From a virus (Duplodnaviria > Caudoviricetes), in the IMG/VR virus record IMGVR_UViG_3300023070_000002, positions 1 to 64,000 of that record: a DNA stretch of 64,000 bases; one strand, written 5' to 3'. The stretch's first letter is position 1; every line of letters begins with the position of its first letter. Positions 39,355 through 49,667 of this stretch are shown here, piece after piece. A program made the position numbers and the translations under genes. Under the pieces are notes generated by a model, which was not told where the DNA came from, ran no database searches, and saw only the letters and a list, made by a program, of their open reading frames with translations.

Positions 39355-40524
39355 TTATACAAAGAAAGCATTTGCTAATCCTTGTTGGGCTTGTTCAACG
39401 GTAATACCTAATTCAGCGTTATTGTTTTTAACGCCTGAATAATCGATATTTTTTATCGACTTAATAGATTCCTGATGCCTTTTATTCCCTGTTTCACTTA
39501 CGAGGCGAGAGAACACGCTTTCCTTATGTTGTATAAGGTGTAAGTCTTCCATCATCTTAGCTGTTTTTACCTGACCTTTTTCGTCTACCCAACCAACCTT
39601 GGTGAAGAAGTCTCCGAGGTCTGTAAAAGCACTTTCAAGAAGTGGTTTAATGGAATTTTTCTCTTCCTCTGTAACCACGTATGCTACTGGTATCTCGACT
39701 TCCTTGTCTTTGAAGGTAGCATTGTAGCCATTGAAGGTTTTAGCACTGGATTCTACATCTTTCAGGAAGTTTTCCTTTTGCAATTTTAGTTCCGCCAATT
39801 CCTCTTGGGTAGGTTCTGTTTGCGTAGGAATATTCCCTGCTTTAATATCTGGTAAAACTATTTCCTTTGATAATTTAAGAAGTTCTGCCATTGCGGGCTT
39901 TGCATCTCGTTTGATCCTGTTTTCTATTTGCTGCAATCTCTTTTCATGCGCCGCTACCCTATCCGCAAATTCCTCATCCAATTCCGATATTCCCTGAACT
40001 GGTTTTTCAGGCATCTCGTATTGTTCTAAGAAAAGGTCGTTAACTTCTTCTGGCGTAAATTCTTTGTGCTGATACTGAAGGTTTAATTTCAATATGTCAG
40101 CGGGTTGCATTTTATCAACTTCTTTCAACTTCTTTTGCTCATTTAAGATTAAAAGAACCTCGTCCGTTTTCCCTTCTTTTATAAGGTTAAAAACTTTTTC
40201 ACTCTCTTCATTTGCGAATGTAATAGGTTCGCCTACTGTCGCTTCTGGCTTGGCTGGAATTGATTTTTTCTCTGCGTTTGCGTCGGCTGGCCTATTCTGA
40301 ATAGGATCGGGAGTTGCTGTTGGCGTATTTTCTGGTTGCCCGGGAGCGGTAATCTCCGGTTTCGTTTCCTCTATCTTTTTATCCTTCTCATCTATAACCG
40401 GGTCTTTACTATTAGATGCAGGTTCTATGATTGTAGGTGTGGACTTCCAAGTATCAGTATCAAAAAAATTTTGTACTTCGGGAGCTAACTGGGTAGTTTC
40501 AACTGGTGTTACTGTTTCTGACAT
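39355..40524 (-). CDS. capsid scaffolding protein
   Basis: Very acidic, low-complexity N-terminus; lies between portal and capsid genes. Confidence 0.7.
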   Translation of the reverse strand: MSETVTPVETTQLAPEVQNFFDTDTWKSTPTIIEPASNSKDPVIDEKDKKIEETKPEITAPGQPENTPTATPDPIQNRPADANAEKKSIPAKPEATVGEPITFANEESEKVFNLIKEGKTDEVLLILNEQKKLKEVDKMQPADILKLNLQYQHKEFTPEEVNDLFLEQYEMPEKPVQGISELDEEFADRVAAHEKRLQQIENRIKRDAKPAMAELLKLSKEIVLPDIKAGNIPTQTEPTQEELAELKLQKENFLKDVESSAKTFNGYNATFKDKEVEIPVAYVVTEEEKNSIKPLLESAFTDLGDFFTKVGWVDEKGQVKTAKMMEDLHLIQHKESVFSRLVSETGNKRHQESIKSIKNIDYSGVKNNNAELGITVEQAQQGLANAFFV

Positions 40525-40539
40525 AAATCTGTTTTTATT

Positions 40540-42897
40540 TTACGCGGCAGGCTGCATACCTTCTGGGTTTTGCGCTTGTTGCTCTTGATTTTGTTGAATA
40601 TTATTTGTTATCGCTTGGTTTTCTTGCCCTAATGATAATTCAAGCCCGGGCATAACTTGTTGAATAATAGGCAAGAGCCATGCAGGCATTTCCGGGTTTT
40701 GGCTTTTCGATGCAATTTGGAAACTGCCTTCAATTATTTTTTGTTTGATCGTTTGAAGAGAATCAAATTCTTTAATTTTCATTTCGAACGACAACTTATC
40801 TTGTGCCAACTGAATTTCTTTTTGCGCTGCCTGCTCATTACTAGCCTGCTGTTGCTTGGCATTCATTTCGCTTTGCGCTTGGGCTTGTTGCATCTGACCT
40901 TCCAGCGCCTTCTTTTGCGCTCTCTCGAAGTATAAATTTGCAAGTTTTGTATTTTCTTTGGCGATCTCCCTTATTTTAAAGGGGCTAATATATAAAATGA
41001 AATCTGGGTGGGTTATAACGTATTGATCCACGTCTTTCATCAACTGTGTTACTTCTTCAGTCGTCGGGAGCATATCTATTTTAACCTTAAAGTTCCTCCC
41101 TTTTACGTTTTCTTCTTTGAGTATTTTTCTATACTCCTCACTTCCAAATTCTACGGAATCATGCAAAAGGCACGCTATTTTATCCGCTGTTTCATTCATT
41201 AATGATACAACAGCATCGCGGATGTAATCCGTGGCATTAAAACTTACCTCTAAGGCAGTTTCGACATTTTGAACCCCTACTCTTGGCTTAATGGTTTGAC
41301 CCTCGGCAAATTCATTTATTCCTATTTCATCCCTTAATACCTGAAGGTGATAATTGTATATTTCTATAAGCGCCTGAAGCTGTTGGACACTACCAGCATT
41401 CGGAAGTTCTTTTACTGGCGTTTCTATTCTATTCCCTTCAGCATCGCGGCTCCTGAAGTAAACATTACCGGTCTGATCGGTTATTTTCTGTAACTCCAAC
41501 GGCTTTACAATACCATTGCCTAAGTCCATTGCCTGCATCCCATCAATATCATACTGATAACCAGAGGGACGTAACTTGGCAACAAGTTGCTGAATTTTCA
41601 GCCTTGCCAAAATCATTTGCTCTACGGGTTCTTCTATTTTTTCTGGCACTGCAAGGTTTCTCATCCCCACATTCTGGTACATATAGAAACTGTACGGAGA
41701 TGATACTTCGCTTATCTTTTCATAGTCTTGGGGTTTAATCATGTTTTTCTCAAGACCCCATTCCAGTATTTTTTTTGACGATCTAATATATACTCCGCGA
41801 TAAATATTCCATATCTTCCTTTCTACATATTCACTGTCATTCGCCGGTTTTCTGTCTAATCTATCGACAACTAAATTTCCGGATTTGGTTACTTTCATCT
41901 CGTAACCGGCATTATCCAATGACTTTAAAGTAAACCTGACAACATCTACATTCCAGTCATCAATGGGCAAATAAGTATTTATGTTCCACGTGGAATCGAA
42001 TGTTATATTGCTATTCGCCTGCCATTGTTTAGAGGCTTTAGAAATCTCAAACAACTCTTCTGCCTTTAAGTGCGGATAAAGGTTTCTTAGTTGTGATATT
42101 TTATAAGAAACTATTTCTCCCTTTATATCTGCATCCCTGAAATCGTCGTATTCGGAATACGAATAAAACATATTTTCAGGCTTGCAATAGTTCACAATTA
42201 TCTTGCCTTTGCTGTCTGCAATAGTTTCAGTGCCTATTAAACCAACCTCCGCACTATCCCTAAGGATTCTTCTTCTTAGAACATCATTCCAGCCGCACTC
42301 ATCTAAAACATTATTGATGCCCTTCTCATTTAATATTTCTTCTGGCAAACGCTGTTCTTCGGCTGCCCATAGATCAAGGTGATCTTTGTCTTCTGGAATA
42401 AATGAATTTTGGGGAATTGTTGGCAATCCGCTCTCACTTTGTAACCGCAACAACACCTCTTTATTATCCATGTAAAACTCGGCTTCGTCTTGTTGATCTT
42501 TTTTTGCTTTTATGGAAATAGGGTCAGTTGCTGTAACAGAGGCTTTTTGCTTTTGAGTCATCCACCGACCTACTAGTCTGGAAATGATAGTATTAACTAT
42601 CATTATAGATTTCCAATTGATATTAACATAGTTGGTCTTGCCGTTAATATTTAGAAAATCCATAAACTTTACCATATCCATCTTCCCTGCTCCCAAAGAA
42701 CGGTTTAAGGCAAACCTAGCATTCCTTTCAGTAAAATATCCGCTGTTGATGATATTTTCACATTGCAGAACGATCCTTTCCCCAAACTTAATATCAGTTT
42801 TTTTATTAGCATCTCCGGAGAGTTGGAATGCCTTTAGGGCATTGTCGGGAATGCCAGCAAACTTCAAATCATTGCTATTAGAAGCAGGATTTTGCAT
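40540..42897 (-). CDS. portal protein
   Basis: 785 aa; NINWKSIMIVNTIISRLVG resembles crAss-type portals; Q-rich tail. Confidence 0.8.
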   Translation of the reverse strand: MQNPASNSNDLKFAGIPDNALKAFQLSGDANKKTDIKFGERIVLQCENIINSGYFTERNARFALNRSLGAGKMDMVKFMDFLNINGKTNYVNINWKSIMIVNTIISRLVGRWMTQKQKASVTATDPISIKAKKDQQDEAEFYMDNKEVLLRLQSESGLPTIPQNSFIPEDKDHLDLWAAEEQRLPEEILNEKGINNVLDECGWNDVLRRRILRDSAEVGLIGTETIADSKGKIIVNYCKPENMFYSYSEYDDFRDADIKGEIVSYKISQLRNLYPHLKAEELFEISKASKQWQANSNITFDSTWNINTYLPIDDWNVDVVRFTLKSLDNAGYEMKVTKSGNLVVDRLDRKPANDSEYVERKIWNIYRGVYIRSSKKILEWGLEKNMIKPQDYEKISEVSSPYSFYMYQNVGMRNLAVPEKIEEPVEQMILARLKIQQLVAKLRPSGYQYDIDGMQAMDLGNGIVKPLELQKITDQTGNVYFRSRDAEGNRIETPVKELPNAGSVQQLQALIEIYNYHLQVLRDEIGINEFAEGQTIKPRVGVQNVETALEVSFNATDYIRDAVVSLMNETADKIACLLHDSVEFGSEEYRKILKEENVKGRNFKVKIDMLPTTEEVTQLMKDVDQYVITHPDFILYISPFKIREIAKENTKLANLYFERAQKKALEGQMQQAQAQSEMNAKQQQASNEQAAQKEIQLAQDKLSFEMKIKEFDSLQTIKQKIIEGSFQIASKSQNPEMPAWLLPIIQQVMPGLELSLGQENQAITNNIQQNQEQQAQNPEGMQPAA

Positions 42898-42927
42898 ATT
42901 TTCTAAGAGGGTAGGGAATTATTTGGA

Positions 42928-42958
42928 TAAAATTACAGAAATCTTATTCAAAAACAAA
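42928..42958 (-). promoter_or_regulatory. putative promoter for the portal operon
   Basis: TTTG, a 19-nt spacer, then TAATTTTA (variant of TAnnTTTG). Confidence 0.4.
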
Positions 42959-42965
42959 TAAATTT

Positions 42966-45053
42966 CTAATATCTCGCATCGACTGGGTTTGCATATTTTT
43001 TTTGTTGCTGGCCATATACCTTGATAACGGGATCGGGCGGGGGCAAAGGCGTATAGTTAGGTTGCATCACGCAAGCTAGCCATATTAAAAAAGATACCAT
43101 CGTATCAAACTCAGTTCTCTTGTAGGGATCAAATATTAAAGCGTTTTCAAGTATAGCCTCAAAGTCTATAAGGTGAGAATAGTGTTTAAAATACCATACC
43201 CCATAATCCATTTGTTTACTTAAACTAAACGGAGTTATTGGAGTGCCCCTGTGTCTTTCTACGTCTTCTTCTTTCTTTTTCGGATCGATCAAATTCATTG
43301 GATATACTCCTAAATACCCTCTCATGCCACGGTCTTTAAAATACCCATCATAATCGTCTGCGGTATGCTCGTACCAAATTTTATAACCAAAAAACCTGCC
43401 CGCCAACATTACTTGATAATGTAAATCATCCTTTTCAGGGGGCCGCCCGTATAAATGCCCGGTAACCTTCCCAGAGTTATTTGGGTCAAGAACATCAAAC
43501 TTTCTACCTATTAATGCAGAAGCCTTTGACCCATATTTTCGACCGCCCTGACTGTTGGAATAACTATCCACAGATATGGCGCCATCGGCAGGGTTGCCGG
43601 GCAATGGGAATAACCCGGGTTTAATTTGTTTGTTCTCTTGCCCATTAGGCGGGAACCAAGTCATCTCCCAACAAAAACTTTCTTCCCCTTTTTTTATATC
43701 CCTCCACATTGGAATGCCTTGCTGATCTTCGTAAAATAACACCTTTCGTTTAAATACAGGATTATCTTTTAGATATTTCAATCTGTTATTTATAGCATAC
43801 CCATCAAATGCGCAATCCACATTTGCGGCCATAAACATTTCATCTTCGTTGCAGGGGTTTTGCCTTATCTCTTCTTCTAAATCAGTTCCGGCCAAGCCTG
43901 CTCTCCTTTTAATCAACACGTAGGCTTTTGCCCCAAGACGAATATCTTCATCGGTAAGCTCACTTATAATTTCCCCTGTATGCTCATCCTTTAACACCCA
44001 TTTACTACATAAATATTCAAATTGATCTTCAGTCGGAGCGTCGATCACGCTCATCCCGTATTCATCAATAAAACCTTCATACCCATCATAAGCCGCCGAT
44101 AAATATTTAACAAGGCGATTGGCAGTTACATTGCCAACCTTGCTAAACTGATTTGCACCTTCCCATATTTTTTTAAACTCTGATCCTCCTTTCTTCCAGC
44201 TATTTACCGTAGATGGCATTTCTGCGAAGCCTACTCTTTTAACCCCTTTTACTAAAACTTTTTTCAATATAGCGAACAAAACAGAAGCAGGAATATCAGC
44301 TTCTAGCTTTCCGAACTCATCAAGCAGGACTCTGCTCAACCGTCCTCTGTCATAAGCGTTAAGTACCGGGGCACGATAATTAATTTTAGACCTCGCAGAT
44401 TTTTCCTTTGGATCTGATGAAATATATTCAAATACAAGTTCTGTTACACTGTTTTCACGATTTAATAATTTAGGCTTTAAGAAGAATGGTAATTCCCTAT
44501 ACCCTTTAGCAACCATTTCAGTAAAGGTCTCCTTACTGTCTTTTTCAGACTTTGAAACCAAGCCGCTATTGGTGTTTTTAAAGAAAATACACTCGTATAT
44601 AAGATTAGAAGTAGCCTGAGAACTTGCACCCTCTCGTCTTTTTTTGCCCCTCACAATACCCAAACACCACATTATTCTTTCCCAATAACCAAGGAAAAGA
44701 AAATACCTTCTGTCCACATCACGATATTCTGGGTAAATGTCATCTTCCAGTTTCCACCATTGGATATAAAAATAGTGCTTACCCGTTATATAGGTAAGCA
44801 CGCCGTTATTCATAAAATAAAATCCTTCTTTACATCTCCGTACCTCTTCTTTTATGTAATAAGATTGCTCTTCGTTCAGGATTGGAGTAACAGTTTTTCC
44901 ATCTCTTTCGGTTATTACATCGTCAAAAATAGATGGGAGTTCTTTCCTGCGCCATTTTTGTTTTTGATCGCCCTCCCATTTTTCTATAACTGAATCGTCT
45001 TTGGGTTCAGGAATACGGATTTCGGCATTAAATATAACCTCAATTAAATTCAT
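42966..45053 (-). CDS. terL: terminase large subunit
   Basis: RGKKRREGASS (Walker A), RVLLDEFGK (Walker B), C-terminal nuclease ISVDSY...FDTMVS. Confidence 0.9.
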   Translation of the reverse strand: MNLIEVIFNAEIRIPEPKDDSVIEKWEGDQKQKWRRKELPSIFDDVITERDGKTVTPILNEEQSYYIKEEVRRCKEGFYFMNNGVLTYITGKHYFYIQWWKLEDDIYPEYRDVDRRYFLFLGYWERIMWCLGIVRGKKRREGASSQATSNLIYECIFFKNTNSGLVSKSEKDSKETFTEMVAKGYRELPFFLKPKLLNRENSVTELVFEYISSDPKEKSARSKINYRAPVLNAYDRGRLSRVLLDEFGKLEADIPASVLFAILKKVLVKGVKRVGFAEMPSTVNSWKKGGSEFKKIWEGANQFSKVGNVTANRLVKYLSAAYDGYEGFIDEYGMSVIDAPTEDQFEYLCSKWVLKDEHTGEIISELTDEDIRLGAKAYVLIKRRAGLAGTDLEEEIRQNPCNEDEMFMAANVDCAFDGYAINNRLKYLKDNPVFKRKVLFYEDQQGIPMWRDIKKGEESFCWEMTWFPPNGQENKQIKPGLFPLPGNPADGAISVDSYSNSQGGRKYGSKASALIGRKFDVLDPNNSGKVTGHLYGRPPEKDDLHYQVMLAGRFFGYKIWYEHTADDYDGYFKDRGMRGYLGVYPMNLIDPKKKEEDVERHRGTPITPFSLSKQMDYGVWYFKHYSHLIDFEAILENALIFDPYKRTEFDTMVSFLIWLACVMQPNYTPLPPPDPVIKVYGQQQKKYANPVDARY

Positions 45054-45056
45054 TAT

Positions 45057-45407
45057 TTATTTTCTTGTCTCTGCGAACTCCAACACATTTTTATTAGCCG
45101 TGTCTATTTTTTCATCGCCCGTTATCTTAGCCGATGTTTCTAACAGACTTAGCGTTTCAACTAATGGCTTTGCTGATGCCCATAACATTTTTAGTCGTTC
45201 CATTGTCTTATCATCTTTGTCGTTTAAATTGATTTGTTTAAAAGCTATTTGATTTAGCATATCTGCTATATCTGCCATATTGCGGTTTAACGCGTAATAA
45301 AGTTTTGCCTTGCCCCTTAAACCGAGCTGATCAAATTTCCTTTCAAGAGCAGAGTATTTTGCCTTCTCGTCCTCGTATAATTTCTTATAATCAACTTCTC
45401 CCTGCAT
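45057..45407 (-). CDS. putative terminase small subunit
   Basis: 116-aa helical protein directly upstream of terL. Confidence 0.5.
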   Translation of the reverse strand: MQGEVDYKKLYEDEKAKYSALERKFDQLGLRGKAKLYYALNRNMADIADMLNQIAFKQINLNDKDDKTMERLKMLWASAKPLVETLSLLETSAKITGDEKIDTANKNVLEFAETRK

Positions 45408-45413
45408 AATATA

Positions 45414-46076
45414 TTAGTTTAACACTTTTGCATCTTTCAACCCATTCCCTACTAAAATCTTCCCACATCTAACTTGCTCTGTTAACCCTTCATCAATACC
45501 TTCTATCTCTCTATGTAGAGTTCTTATTAATGATTGGGGTTTGTTTTTTTCGTCATGAAAATGCACCTCATAATCAGAGTTTAACGTTACTGCACAAACC
45601 TTTCCTGATAAATCTGTTTGCTCCCCATCCCACGTATCTTTCCCTTTAACGATATATAGACGGTTCATTATTCTTTCTGGTTCGATGCCTACTAAATTGC
45701 CTTCGTACTCTCTAAATAGCCTTTTGGTTAACAATACGTTTTCAAATGGTTGCCATTCGTCGTTTTCTAAATATGCAAAGATCATGTCTTTGGGAATATT
45801 CCTTATCTGGTAGCCGTCTGCTATTTCTTTTTCACTTAAAAAATCTTCTTGGTAAGGCATATCATAACTCTTTTCCATAGCAAGATAATTTACCAATACT
45901 TGCGCTCCTTCAGGAATGCCTTCACAATCTAAACAATAACCTCTTGTTCCGCGATCTACTCGTAGGTTGAATTCCCACCCAGTACTTTGATATATTTCAA
46001 GGCCGCTATCAAAAGCTAATGTTTCTCGTTGTTTTACATTTATTCTTATAATTGCAAAATTCCTTAACGCCTTCAT
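45414..46076 (-). CDS. tandem GroES-like co-chaperonin
   Basis: MKALRNFAII..SGLEI and WQPFENVLLTKR look like two GroES-type N-termini. Confidence 0.5.
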   Translation of the reverse strand: MKALRNFAIIRINVKQRETLAFDSGLEIYQSTGWEFNLRVDRGTRGYCLDCEGIPEGAQVLVNYLAMEKSYDMPYQEDFLSEKEIADGYQIRNIPKDMIFAYLENDEWQPFENVLLTKRLFREYEGNLVGIEPERIMNRLYIVKGKDTWDGEQTDLSGKVCAVTLNSDYEVHFHDEKNKPQSLIRTLHREIEGIDEGLTEQVRCGKILVGNGLKDAKVLN

Positions 46077-46100
46077 ATAATTAAAGTTAAAAAATATTTA

Positions 46101-46871
46101 TTAATCTTCATAAACCCGTTCTCTAGCCCACTCTTGCATTAATTTTGGAAGAGGCTCATCAATCAATTTCAAATCTTCTTTAGAGAACCATAGGTAAGGG
46201 TCGAACATTTCGCACTGATCTAGCTTCTTATCATAATCAATCATTTCAAATACACCCTGTTGCATATTCTTAATCTTGTTAATCATAACTTCCCGTTTTC
46301 TTACAAAGCCATTATGGTAAATCCTTATTTGGTTTAAATAGGAAATATCTGCAAACGGGACAGCCAACGATTCAGCATCGCCATGCGCTTTATAATCTGT
46401 TTTAGCTAACCTTATAATGTCTGTCGAGCATGGCAGCCTTTCTACTGGCACATCAAGTTTGTAATAAGGGGATGCCCATAAATTTACTCTTTTAATCATA
46501 TACCCCGGTGCGTCCATTGATATTGCCTCTCTTATAAAAGGATAGCTTTTTTCATGAATTATTTCGTCACACTGCACATACAAGTGATATTCATATCCTG
46601 CTTCCCTTGCTGCCTGAATAGCTATATCTGTAAAATAGCATAGTTTGGCATATCCTGTACCTTTTTGTCCATCCCATTCCTGTTTAGTCCGGGTTATTAT
46701 TGTCAAATTCTCACTCGGCAATGTGTTCAATATCTCGGCAGTTCCATCATCGCTTCCTGCTTCCACTACGAAAACATGGTCACAACACTCAAGCAGGCTT
46801 AGGATTGTTTCTTTAAAACTGTAATCGTACTGTACGCCATTCCTTATAAATGTAGTTCCTGCTAGTTTCAT
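46101..46871 (-). CDS. glycosyltransferase family 2
   Basis: TFIRNG, VVEAGSDDGT, and VQCDE (DxD-like). Confidence 0.85.
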   Translation of the reverse strand: MKLAGTTFIRNGVQYDYSFKETILSLLECCDHVFVVEAGSDDGTAEILNTLPSENLTIITRTKQEWDGQKGTGYAKLCYFTDIAIQAAREAGYEYHLYVQCDEIIHEKSYPFIREAISMDAPGYMIKRVNLWASPYYKLDVPVERLPCSTDIIRLAKTDYKAHGDAESLAVPFADISYLNQIRIYHNGFVRKREVMINKIKNMQQGVFEMIDYDKKLDQCEMFDPYLWFSKEDLKLIDEPLPKLMQEWARERVYED

Positions 46872-47539
46872 TCGCTTTTCTTTTTTAGCAATGCTATGTA
46901 AAATCCATTCCAGTACGAATTATTATCGTGGCCGCCATCAGGTCTTGAAATATCCGATTGCAAATGCTTTTCAAATAATTTTTCTAATTGGCATTCCCTT
47001 ATCCCGTCTTGTGTACCCTTCTGAACTTCAGACCAATCGTAGTCATCGCACAAATAAATAAATTCATCTGCCATAGCATCAATATAATAAGTAAGCGCCT
47101 TTTTTTGTGCCGTTTCGCTATGGTCTCCGTCATACAAATAAATGTCAACGTTTTTAGGAATATCCGATATGTCTAATTCAAAAGAATCGCTTATCACCAA
47201 CTTTAGTTCACACTTATCTGGTTTATGTAACTGGGAGTTATTCAAAAAATCCACCCTAGCACCTTCTCCATTCATGTGATCGGATTCAAAACTATCGACC
47301 GCTGTTATAAATTCCAAGTTACTATTCCCCCGTATTGAGGCAGTGAATGTACCACCTCGATGAACCCCGCACTCTAAATAATTACGGCCTAACGCGCCAA
47401 TATTGTTTAATAAATGACGTATTTTAAGACTTGTTAGTGCTGGCACATCATAGGTTAGGTGCCCATGTGGTGACTCCATTTTATCTGCTTTTTCGATAGC
47501 CGCCTTTATCATTCCTATTTTTTCTTCAGTACTTACCAT
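46868..47539 (-). CDS. class I SAM methyltransferase (Methyltransf_24-like)
   Basis: YLECGVHRGGT, IYLYDGDHS, LCDDYDW. Confidence 0.85.
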   Translation of the reverse strand: MVSTEEKIGMIKAAIEKADKMESPHGHLTYDVPALTSLKIRHLLNNIGALGRNYLECGVHRGGTFTASIRGNSNLEFITAVDSFESDHMNGEGARVDFLNNSQLHKPDKCELKLVISDSFELDISDIPKNVDIYLYDGDHSETAQKKALTYYIDAMADEFIYLCDDYDWSEVQKGTQDGIRECQLEKLFEKHLQSDISRPDGGHDNNSYWNGFYIALLKKKSE

Positions 47540-48108
47540 TGTATACTTTTTAAACTTTCGTTTATCTTTTGACTTGTATAGTTGTCTTTGTTATGCCAGA
47601 AGAAAAATGCACCGAAGGAGGTATGAAACCTTGGCATTACAATAAATGAAAAATAGTCCGGGAAATGATAGTTTATTATCTCTGGAGTCCACCCTGATTT
47701 ATGCGTATCGGGATGAATAGCGTTCTTGTCAACCATATTTTCCCCCAATGGAGTGAATAGGACTTGGCAATCTGAACGTTGCTTCATCAGGCTTATAAGT
47801 TCTAATCCCTTATCGCTTGTTAAATGTTCAATCCCATCGCTTGAAATCATTATATCCACCACTTCTTTATTGTGTGCTAAATAATCGAATACGTCGCTTA
47901 AGACAAAAAACTGTTGCTCTCTCTTATCGTCTAATTTTCTATCCTGAATATCTACGTAGGTTCGTTTTTTAAATCCCATCTGCGGAATATATGGCGAATG
48001 ATAGCACATTAAATCCACTACTGATTTGTCAGATACATCGCCACAAATAAGTTTCATTATCTGCAAGTATATTTCTCCACTACCAATTTTATTTATTTCT
48101 ATTGTCAT
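47533..48108 (-). CDS. SAM methyltransferase-like protein
   Basis: SVVDLMC, YVDI, DIMISSDGIEHL. Confidence 0.65.
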   Translation of the reverse strand: MTIEINKIGSGEIYLQIMKLICGDVSDKSVVDLMCYHSPYIPQMGFKKRTYVDIQDRKLDDKREQQFFVLSDVFDYLAHNKEVVDIMISSDGIEHLTSDKGLELISLMKQRSDCQVLFTPLGENMVDKNAIHPDTHKSGWTPEIINYHFPDYFSFIVMPRFHTSFGAFFFWHNKDNYTSQKINESLKSIQW

Positions 48109-49537
48109 GGAGCTTTTTTATGCCGTTGACTATTTGTTCGATCTTAAATATGCTACAAAGTGGACGGCTTTCGTCTATGTAGCATTTTACCCCTGAAGTA
48201 CCAATAACACTATTCCAGCAAAATGGCTTGTCGCAAACATTTTGATCATGGTTGTGAATTATAACTTTATCTGAAAGGTCAGGGTGTATTACTTTTGGGT
48301 CAACGCTGCCAAAGCAAATGACTGACGGAACTTTAAAAGCGCTGGCTATGTGCGAAATTCCCGAATCAATCCCTATCATCATAGACGCCCCCGCTACAAC
48401 GTAACACAGAAAGTTTTCGTTGGTACAATTTACCTGAATGGCGTTCTTAATTATTGCTGTGTCGTCTTTACCAACTTGTATAGGTGTATATCCTAATTCT
48501 ATAACATAGTCAACTACTTTTCCCCAATCAACTCCGTGGATACGTCTGCCCCCTTGTGGCCTATTATCGGTATGAAAAACTACATAGTTCTTAAATAGCC
48601 TTGTTGCTCCATCTATGGGAAAGCCTAACGATAAGGTTGGATTTTTTATGTAAGGCCTATACTCTTCTTCCAACACTCCAGAATATTCAAAATAGGTTTT
48701 CAAATGAAGTTCACGCGGTTTACTTTCGTATGAAAGATCCAAGTTAATATACTTCGCGTTTTCTAATAATCTCTGGTCAACGGTTTGAAGTGAGAATACG
48801 GGGAAATAATGATTTATAAATAAGTAAAGAAATTGCGGTAAGGTATCAAGAACAATCCTATACCCTTTATCGTGGAAGTATTGCATAACCGGCTCTACTT
48901 GAACTACATCACCTAAGGCGGCTTTACGGGATATTACTATTGTAGGCTTAAACTTTTCATGAAAATTACCATGAAATGAAAAAGTAGGTTGAACAGGTGT
49001 TTTTAACTCATAGGAATATTTATCCGCCAACTCAACCGGAGCGAATTTAATACCATACTTTTCTTCAAGGTACATTTTATAAACGATGCAAATAGAATGA
49101 TCTTCGGGGTGTAGTACACTTATTGTTTCATCACTGGCAAGTATTTCATGTAGTCGCTTTGAGCGAAACGAACTCCCACCATTGCCTACTTGCCTATCAT
49201 GGTCAAATACCCAACTAGCGCCAATATAATCATACTCAAAATACCGGTCGTCCCATTGACTACCGTCAATTATATACCCGTCCCCTTGAATAACACAGAA
49301 ATAATCGGTTGGGATGTATTTAACCAACTGCTTAACCATAAACTCACTATATGCTCGTTTGGATGTGATTGAAGGTATCTGAACAACCTCGATCCCATCC
49401 AATTTTATCGGAATATCCGTTAAGAATAAAACGCGCTCAAATTGAATTTCAGACACGCTTTTATTTATGGCAGACACGGCAGACCCATATCCATAGCAAT
49501 CAACGCAAATAAGGCTTACATTATTTAGTTTTCGCAT
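48089..49537 (-). CDS. DUF5672 domain fused to glycosyltransferase family 9
   Basis: QGDGY...YDYIGASW...GNGGSSFRS (DUF5672); ALGDVV and IGIDSGISHIASAFKVP (GT9). Confidence 0.85.
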   Translation of the reverse strand: MRKLNNVSLICVDCYGYGSAVSAINKSVSEIQFERVLFLTDIPIKLDGIEVVQIPSITSKRAYSEFMVKQLVKYIPTDYFCVIQGDGYIIDGSQWDDRYFEYDYIGASWVFDHDRQVGNGGSSFRSKRLHEILASDETISVLHPEDHSICIVYKMYLEEKYGIKFAPVELADKYSYELKTPVQPTFSFHGNFHEKFKPTIVISRKAALGDVVQVEPVMQYFHDKGYRIVLDTLPQFLYLFINHYFPVFSLQTVDQRLLENAKYINLDLSYESKPRELHLKTYFEYSGVLEEEYRPYIKNPTLSLGFPIDGATRLFKNYVVFHTDNRPQGGRRIHGVDWGKVVDYVIELGYTPIQVGKDDTAIIKNAIQVNCTNENFLCYVVAGASMMIGIDSGISHIASAFKVPSVICFGSVDPKVIHPDLSDKVIIHNHDQNVCDKPFCWNSVIGTSGVKCYIDESRPLCSIFKIEQIVNGIKKLHDNRNK

Positions 49538-49667
49538 TAGGATTTTGTTTAAACATATTATACTTCCCTTTCATCATTTTATAAGTTTCTTTTAGCGTCA
49601 ACGGATTATTTTGACTCATGGCTAACCTTGCCAGTTTGCGCAATCCCTTAGCTTTTTTGCTGTTCAT
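49521..49667 (-). CDS. 48-aa basic protein (absent from the ORF track)
   Basis: MNSKKAKGLRKLARLAMSQNNP...NAKTK overlaps both neighbours. Confidence 0.55.
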   Translation of the reverse strand: MNSKKAKGLRKLARLAMSQNNPLTLKETYKMMKGKYNMFKQNPNAKTK

